This document shows positions 33,331 to 40,577 of a DNA stretch of 40,577 nt, piece by piece. The stretch covers positions 113,963,674 to 114,004,250 of the forward strand of contig NC_068985.1 in NCBI RefSeq assembly GCF_001194135.2, in the 5' to 3' direction. The translations under genes were made by a program, and so were the position numbers. Under the pieces are notes generated by a model, which had not been told where the DNA came from, made no database searches, and worked only from the letters and a program-made list of their open reading frames with translations. The stretch is from Octopus bimaculoides (taxonomy: Eukaryota). Position 1 is the stretch's first letter; the number at the start of each line of letters is the position of its first letter.

Positions 33331-35744
33331 GATATAACTTGTTTAGTTCCCTTTATGTGCTAGTTGCATAGTAGACATTTATATACACAGCTTTAGAAGG
33401 TACCTACCATGGCTCGACAGCAAGCAGGACTGTATTGATTGGAAGAGATAGATGAGGTTAATGATTCAAAGAGTGAAATACAATTCTAGAAATCCAGTGT
33501 AACTAATCTGTGAGAATATATCGTCCATGAAATATCATTTACTAAACCATGACAAATATTGTGTTTATCTTTCAAAGCAAGGATATCACATGACACCTGT
33601 ATATGACACTCCTTTGCTGATAATGGGCAATATGGGTGACATAGAACTCTTTAAGAATTGGAGATCCTAGTGTTTGTTTGTTTCTCTCTCTCTCCTACAT
33701 CTTCTCTCAAAGAGAGATATCGAATAGATTTAGTTGTCCAATAGCTAACGAACAGGTTTGAGATAGGAAATCCACAATGTTTTGTTTTATATATTGCCAA
33801 CAATGCTGAGCTATGGCAGGTGTTCCATGATAAAAAGCAAAGATCTAATTTCTCAAAGATGTTAATAACCTTACCATACATAAATGCTCAAGATAAGAAC
33901 TTTAAGAAAAAAAAAAAATAAATACAGAGCCATAAAATAAAACAATAAAAAGAAATTATAAAATAGTAACCCCAACAACTAGTTTATCTTTCAAAAGAAT
34001 TTTGTCTTAGAATTTACAAAATGCCACAACAATTTGATAACCAACCAAAGACTTCAAAATAATGCTTTATAAACAACAGGAGAGATAGGAGAGTGCAGTT
34101 ACTTGGGTTGTTAATTAATTAATAGTTTAATTACATAGAGAAGTTCAGAGCCCACCACTATATTTGCAGGCAGAATGTTTGAGAAAAAGATAGATGGATC
34201 GATACAGGTAAAAGAGGAGATGGATGAAAGCAAGAGACAGCAATGTACAAAAAATGCTTAGTGTATGGACCAAATCTGTCCAAATTGAGCACAACATGGA
34301 TTATAAATTGATGTGAAAATGTTTAAAAGTTTGAAGTAAGAGTTGATGCTATGAAAAATGCATCCAGTATACTTTTTAAAATGGTTGGCATCATGAAGGG
34401 CACCCAATCATAGAAACCACGACAAAATCTATCCGAATCGAGAAGAACATGAATTATAAATTGAAGAGAAAATGTTTAGAAGATTCAAGTAAGTGTTAAT
34501 GCCATGGAAAAAAAGCACCCAATATAATTTTCCAAAGCAGTTGGCATTATGAAGGAAATACAACTGAAGCCATAGAAAACCATGCCAAAGCAGATAATGG
34601 AACACAACACAATACTTGGAACTATTGGATCTTGTCAAACTATCCAATCTATACCAACATAGAACATGGCTGTTCAAAATAGGATGACAATGGTGATGAT
34701 GAAGGTGATGATGATGATGGTCCCAAAGGAACTCTACTAAATGAACAAGAACGAAAGAGAAACAACAAAAAAATAGAATAGGGGACACAAGATGCGTAAT
34801 AGAAACAAAATTTGTGAAATTACATAAAATGAAATAAAAGTTCTTAACAAATTTTAAGCCAAAAAAAATTATTAAAAGTTTTGATAATAATTACTGTTGT
34901 ATTTTCTACTCTAGTTACTGTACCACAATTAAAAGTATAAAAAAAAAAACCACTGAGACAATAACGAGATATTAAATTAATGAGGATGACATTGGCAACA
35001 ACTATTATGATGATGACTATGACGGTAATGATGAAAAAATTATGATGAAACGATAATATTAAGGGTGTTGATATCTATGGCGATAATAATTACGATAATG
35101 AATAAGTTTTAGTGGCGCCAACTGAATTCTTTTCAATCAATGAAAGAGAGAAAAAAAAAAAACCCACCCAAAATCCCCCCCACCCCAAAAATGCTATAGA
35201 TTATATAAATTACTCACAAAGCCAGGCCTCTTACCCCCAACAGTTTTCAAAATAATTCCAGAATATTATTACTACTTAAGTGAGACAAGATGGATGATAA
35301 AACAGCATGGATATATTGAGAGTAGGGTTAGGGTGGTTATTGGTATAGGAGGATGTAGATGGTGGCTTTNNNNNNNNNNNNNNNNNNNNNNNNNNNNNNN
35401 NNNNNNNNNNNNNNNNNNNNNNNNNNNNNNNNNNNNNNNNNNNNNNNNNNNNNNNNNNNNNNNNNNNNNNNNNNNNNNNNNNNNNNNNGTAATCAGTCAA
35501 CCGGAACACAAACAAAAATGTTGAAAGAGGAATAAATAATAAAAAGCACCAAAAAAAAAAACAATAAGGAAAGTAAACTAACAGTGGAATAAAACTGCAG
35601 TCATTGTTTTTCGGATTTTGTTTTGTATTTTTTAATTCTCTGGTAATTTTTATTTTTAATTATTTTATTAGGCAAGAAGGTAAGACACATACATGTATAA
35701 CTTTTTCACTCTCTCTATTTGTGTGTATATGTATGGATAGATAT

Positions 35745-35790
<46 letters not shown>

Positions 35791-36412
35791 GGCTATCCTT
35801 TAGTTTTTTTCTTTTTTTTCCATTCAAAGGTCAGTGATCAGTAAGGAGTGGAACAGGGGTGGGCTGTTAACCTGTTAGATGAGTTGAAAGAACAAAACAA
35901 AAAATTGCTGGAAGACGAGAAAGGATCCTTTATTTGCAATGAGATCATCGTCATCACCACTTGGCTACATCAACAACAACTGCACCATCAGCATCATGCA
36001 CATCCAGCATCATAATCAGCACCAAACACTTGTTTTGATCCCTTTCTAACAGCCCCAGTAGTAGTAGTAGTGGTAGTGGTAATACTGGAATGAGTTTAGC
36101 ACAGTTTAGCTCAGTTTAATATAGACAGAACCATTGCAAAATGCTGGGTAGGGAAGATCGAATTCACAAGACTGGAGTAAAAAAAGACAAAGGCATTTAT
36201 TCATCTATATAAAAACCCCTGGGCTTATTTTATTTTGATGATAGTATTAATAAGATATGCTTCATAACAGCCATTTTTCAAATATTACAATGACCACATG
36301 GATACATACGAATCATGAAACTGACTCTCTAGGAACACTGAAATATATAGCAAAATAAGAAGTTAAGATAAAATGAGTAGATCATTCTTGTTGAGAATAT
36401 ATATATATGTAT

Positions 36413-36798
36413 AGGCGCAGGAGTGGCTGTGTGGTAAGTAGCTTGCTTACCAACCACATGGTTCTGGGTTCAGTCCCACTGCGTGGCACTGTGTGTCTTC
36501 TACGAAAGCCTTGGGCCGACCAAAGCCTTGTGAGTGGATTTGGTAGATGGAAACTGAAAAGAAGCCCATCGTATATATGTATGTGTGTGTGTGTTTGTGG
36601 GTCTGTGTTTGTCCCCCTACCATTGCTTGACAACTGATGCTGGTGTGTTAACGTCCCTGTAACTTAACGGTTCAGCAAAAAGAGACCAATAGAATAAGTA
36701 CTAGGCTTACAAAGAATAAGTCCTGGGGTTGATTTTCTTGACTAAAAAGGTGGTGCTCCAGCATAGCCGCAGTCGAATGACTGAAACAAGTAAAAGAG
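36413..36798 (+). mobile_element. SINE family A, full length
   Basis: AGGCGCAGGAGTGGCTGTGTGGTAAG head through AATGACTGAAACAAGTAAAAGAG tail. Confidence 0.92.
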
Positions 36799-36811
36799 TG
36801 TATATTTCATG

Positions 36812-36926
36812 TGAGTGTGGTAGGAAGCTTGCAGCTTGGGCAAGTGTCTTCTACTATAGTTTTGAGCTGACCACAGCCTTGTGAGTGGATTTCGTAGAAG
36901 GAAACTGAAAGAAGACTCAAGTGTAC

Positions 36927-36965
<39 letters not shown>

Positions 36966-37157
36966 ACCACTGCTTGACAACCAGTGTTGGTGTGTATATG
37001 TGCCTGTAACTTAGTGAGTGAACAAAAGAGACCAATAGGATAAGTACCAGGTTTAAAAAGAATAAGTCCTGGGGGGTGATTTGTTTGTCTAAAAAATCCC
37101 TTCAAGGTGGTGCCCCAGCATAGTCCCTCTCTAATGACTGAAACAAGTAAAAGATAA
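36812..37157 (+). mobile_element. SINE family A, directly adjacent second copy with truncated head
   Basis: TTGGGCAAGTGTCTTCTACTATAG...GCCTTGTGAGTGGATTT...AATGACTGAAACAAGTAAAAGATAA. Confidence 0.88.
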
Positions 37158-37665
37158 TATGTAAGGATTTTATTCAACATATTCCACTCTGTTTCATACA
37201 TTTATTTCTGTGGTCCTTCAGCTTTTCTAAACCTTGTAAAGGAACTTGGAAGGTTGGGCCTGCAACCAGGTCTTTCACGATACCCTTAAAGCCAGGAACT
37301 TTTCAACACCCCCTTGTGCGTGTGTGTGTATGTGTGTGTGTATGTGTGTATTTTTATGTAAATGGGTATTATATATATGTATGTTTGTGTATGCATGTGT
37401 GTATGTGTTTGCATATGCATTCTGCGATTGCCTGTATGGAAGTGCAGCAGGTGGTGGTGGTTATATTAGTTTCATCTACCAACAAGTTGTCCAGTCACTT
37501 TTGGGCTTTTGAGATTGTGTTGAGTAAGTGGAAAACAAATAAGGGTTAGCATCAGGAGGAGCATCGAGGGATATTAGTCAGGAAGGCTGTAGCAACAATA
37601 CCTCAAGTAACTAACACTCAGCTTATGTAAGCATAGAAAAACAGTCTTAAAGAACCCACGCACAA

Positions 37666-37667
<2 letters not shown>

Positions 37668-37721
<54 letters not shown>
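37668..37721. repeat. (TA)n microsatellite
   Basis: Pure TA run. Many other (TA)n, (CA)n, (GA)n, (AAT)n, (GAT)n, (AGT)n and (GCT)n tracts occur throughout the window. Confidence 0.95.
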
Positions 37722-37723
<2 letters not shown>

Positions 37724-37756
37724 TAAAAGTCACACCCCATGTGGACTTTTATGCTA

Positions 37757-37804
37757 GCTCCTGAAGAGGGTTAATTAGGCCAGTTGCCCCAAACTAAAGA
37801 GAGC
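37757..37804 (+). ncRNA. Degenerate hammerhead-like motif in a probable PLE fragment
   Basis: GCTC-CTGAAGA-GGG-(16 nt)-CCC-CAAAC-TAAAGA-GAGC: stems I and II are present, but G12 is replaced by C and there is no NUH triplet. Confidence 0.3.
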
Positions 37805-38227
37805 AATAATAATTAGGGAAATATATATTGGTACCCTACAAATATGGTATTACTTTAAATTCAGTTTAAGTGAAAAACTTGTAAGTTCACAAATTTTTGA
37901 GTTCTTTTAAAATCTAAATTTTCAACTGTTAACATATAACAAATCTTCATCTAGAACTGATCTCAACGCTGGATGTTCAAGAACTAAATGAAGGGCAGAA
38001 TTTCTATCCCAGGATCATCCGGATTCCAAAAAGGTATGATATGCCTATGTAGAGTAAATGTAGAAGGAGATATAGGGGTCTCAGTTGGCTGGACAGACAG
38101 AATTTCATGTTTATTATTATAGATATATATAAATAAATATTATTTGGGTTCAGTCCCACTGTGCAGCACCCTGGAAAAATGTCATTAATAATCCTGGGAG
38201 TGGATCCGGTAGACAGACAGTGAAAGA

Positions 38228-38455
38228 AGGACGGTGAGCTGGCAGAAACGTTAGCACACCAGACAAAATGCTCAGTGTTTCGTCTGCCGCTACGTTCTGA
38301 GTTCAAATTCTGCCGAGGTCGACTTTGCTTTTCATCCTTTCAGGGTCGATTAAATAAGTACCAGTTACGCACTGGGGTCGATATAATTGACTTAATCCAT
38401 TTGTCCTTGTTTGTTCCCTCTGTGTGTAGCCCCTTGTGGGCAGTAAAGAAATAAG
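38228..38455 (+). mobile_element. SINE family B, full length (alternative 3' end)
   Basis: GACGGTGAGCTGGCAGAAACG head, GAGTTCAAATTC B box, AAATAAGTACCAG...CTGGGGTCGAT core. Confidence 0.9.
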
Positions 38456-38464
38456 ACATTGAAA

Positions 38465-38870
38465 GAAGTCTGTTGCTATGTGTGTGTGTGTGTGTGTGTG
38501 TATTTGTGTTTATCTCCTACTACCGTTCAATGTTTGTTTGTGTATGTCCCTGTAACTTAGCAGTTCGGCACAAGAGACTAATAGAATAAGTACCAGATGT
38601 ACAAGTACTGAGATTGACTAGCTTGACTAAACCCACAGTAGTAACCAAACGTAGCTGCAGTCCAAAGACTGAAACAAGTAAAAGATAAAACACACACACA
38701 CATATGATGGGCTTCTTTCAGTTTCTGCTTACCAAATCCATTCACAAGGTTTTGATTGGCCTGGGGCTATAGTAAAAAAATATACTTGCCCAAGGTGCCA
38801 TGCAGTGGGATCGAACCATGAGATTGGGAAGCAAACATCTAACCACACAACCATGCCTATGCATACATGT
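38465..38870. mobile_element. Two SINE family A fragments in opposite orientation (+ 3' part ~38465-38690; - head and core ~38705-38865)
   Basis: GTAACTTAGCAGTTCGGCACAAGAGAC on the plus strand; GATGGGCTTCTTTCAGTTTC...CCCAAGGTGCCATGCAGTGGGA as the complement of the minus-strand head. Confidence 0.8.
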
Positions 38871-39289
38871 TAGTAGGGAGTTAGTTGATAAAGAGTATAA
38901 CATTGACAAGCCTTGGCTTACATAGCAGCTCCCTGACTGCTTCGTCTGACAATAGGGAGTTCACTGAGGGATATATAGAACTGCTACGATGGGGAATTTA
39001 TACACTTGCTCCCACTACCCTATCACACTATGTGGATCCCACATTATGAAGGTTTAATAAAGGTCCATTAGAGTTATATTGAGTAATGGATTAAGTCACC
39101 ATGTTTCTAAAAGAATATTCATTTGTTTTTGTAGTGTTATGACAGACAGAAGCTTATTTAAAAGGAGCCATGGCCACCACATTGAATTGACTGGGCCAGT
39201 GGGGTTGGTGGTGCAAGCTCTTTTAGTGATCAGAGAACCTTACAATCTTAATCAACATTGACAGTAATCCTGTTGTTGTTGTTGTTGGC

Positions 39290-39375
39290 ATTATATAATC
39301 GACTAGTCCCCTCCTCCAAAATTTCAGGCCTTGTGCCTATAATAGAAAGGATTATTATTATCATTATTATTATTA
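39290..39375 (+). mobile_element. SINE family B 3' tail fragment
   Basis: ATCGACTAGTCCCCTCCTCCAAAATTTCAGGCCTTGTGCCTATAATAGAAAGGATTATTATT. Confidence 0.8.
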
Positions 39376-39600
39376 GTAGTAGTAGTAGCAGCAGTAATGA
39401 TAATGGATCTGGTAGTGTGATGAGGGTCTGAGCTAATAGTAGTAGTAGTAGTAGTAGCCATTTTAATGGTGATGTTAGTAGTAGCTGTAATATTTGGGAG
39501 TACAAGTTAATAGTGTTGATGGTGATGTGACTGATTGAAATGACAGCAGTAGCAGTAGTAGTAGTAGTAGTAATAGTAGTAGTAGCAGCAGCAGCAACTG
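39376..39600. repeat. (AGT/AGC)n compound trinucleotide tract
   Basis: Directly visible; explains the poly-T and poly-L ORF at 39248-39649. Confidence 0.85.
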
Positions 39601-40403
39601 TAAGTTGTATAATAGTGAATGGATGGATGCATGCTTCTTCTTTAAACATGTTCCAATTATCCAGACATTCTCAATTTCTCACTCACAAAGACTACAAACA
39701 ATAAAATCGTTATTAAGGCTCAGAAGAAACAAGAAAAGGACTAAGAAGGAAAAGAAAAAAAAAAAAGAAAAAAANNNNNNNNNNNNNNNNNNNNNNNNNN
39801 NNNNNNNNNNNNNNNNNNNNNNNNNNNNAAAAAAAAAAAAAAAGAAAAAAAGTACTTCTCCCTTTGCCAAAAAAAAAAATAAGGGAGTTAGGATAAAGGA
39901 AAAGGAGAGAAAAATACAAAAATAGGGAAGAATTCACCCCTGCCTCTATCCCTCTCTCTCTCTCTCATCGTGACAAATTCCCTCTACACGTCCAACATGT
40001 TCAGAAGCTCTCTGAGAGTCCCTAAGAAACAAGATGAAGAAAAACTTGGAAAGATGAAAGGCATTGCATTTTCTAAAGGATTAGAAAGAATAAAAAGGGA
40101 CAGAGACAAAATTGTGATGCGAGAGGGAAGGGAAGTTGTAAGGGAGTAACTACTACAGAAGGGAGATGCTAGGTGGGAGTCGTTAAGGGTAGGGGATGGG
40201 GTAAAAAGGGAGCAAGCAGTAAGATGTATGATGGTAGAGGAGAGTTAGCATGCTGGAAATGCAACAACTTCTGTGGAGGAATTTTGCTGCAACAAGCTGC
40301 TGATCCCAGCTTGCATTATATCCGCAGTGCCTGCTGTTAGTGGTGTGTGCGTGTGTGTGTGTGTTTGGGTAGGGGGTCTGTTGCAGTGTGCTTTGATACG
40401 ATG

Positions 40404-40414
<11 letters not shown>

Positions 40415-40446
<32 letters not shown>

Positions 40447-40530
40447 GTAGGGTTTCAGACATGGTGGTGGTGGTGGTGGTGGTGGTGGTGCAGCTGCTGT
40501 TGCTGCTGTTGCTGCTGCTGCTGCTGCAGA
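40415..40530. repeat. Compound (GT)n-(GGT)n-(GCT)n microsatellite
   Basis: Directly visible. Confidence 0.9.
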
Positions 40531-40577
40531 AGCAGACAGTGGTAGGTAGTGGTGCCATCATGTGTTAGGGGAGTTTC

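Noticed and set aside
1-40577. CRISPR array or prokaryotic defence system
   Set aside because: No regularly spaced repeat-spacer structure or operon-like ORFs; the recurring sequences are dispersed eukaryotic SINEs.

Overview
AT-rich, microsatellite-dense eukaryotic DNA with 13 assembly gaps. The SINE families and repeat load resemble an Octopus (cephalopod) draft assembly, which is an inference. The only protein-coding sequence I can support is one 101-nt internal exon on the minus strand (12233-12333). It encodes LSKVRVEDCSRYTSCSDCIGVKDPYCGWCTLEN(K), the start of the first PSI domain of a plexin-A-like receptor, so the rest of the window is most likely intron of that gene. The introns contain three kinds of tRNA-derived SINE, RTE-LINE 3' tails, a hAT MITE with an 8-bp TSD, TTAA/piggyBac-type MITEs, a Helentron/DINE-like element and short Penelope-like (PLE) fragments. 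The most interesting signal is a set of degenerate minimal hammerhead-ribozyme motifs (CUGANGA...GAAAC) in the PLE-like fragments beside (TA)n tracts, one of them closed by a ~36-bp inverted repeat. Nearly all ORFs in the supplied track are artefacts of microsatellites or N runs. I see no convincing evidence for a wholly new biological system. Repeat boundaries are approximate (about +/-10 bp) unless defined by a TSD or TIR.
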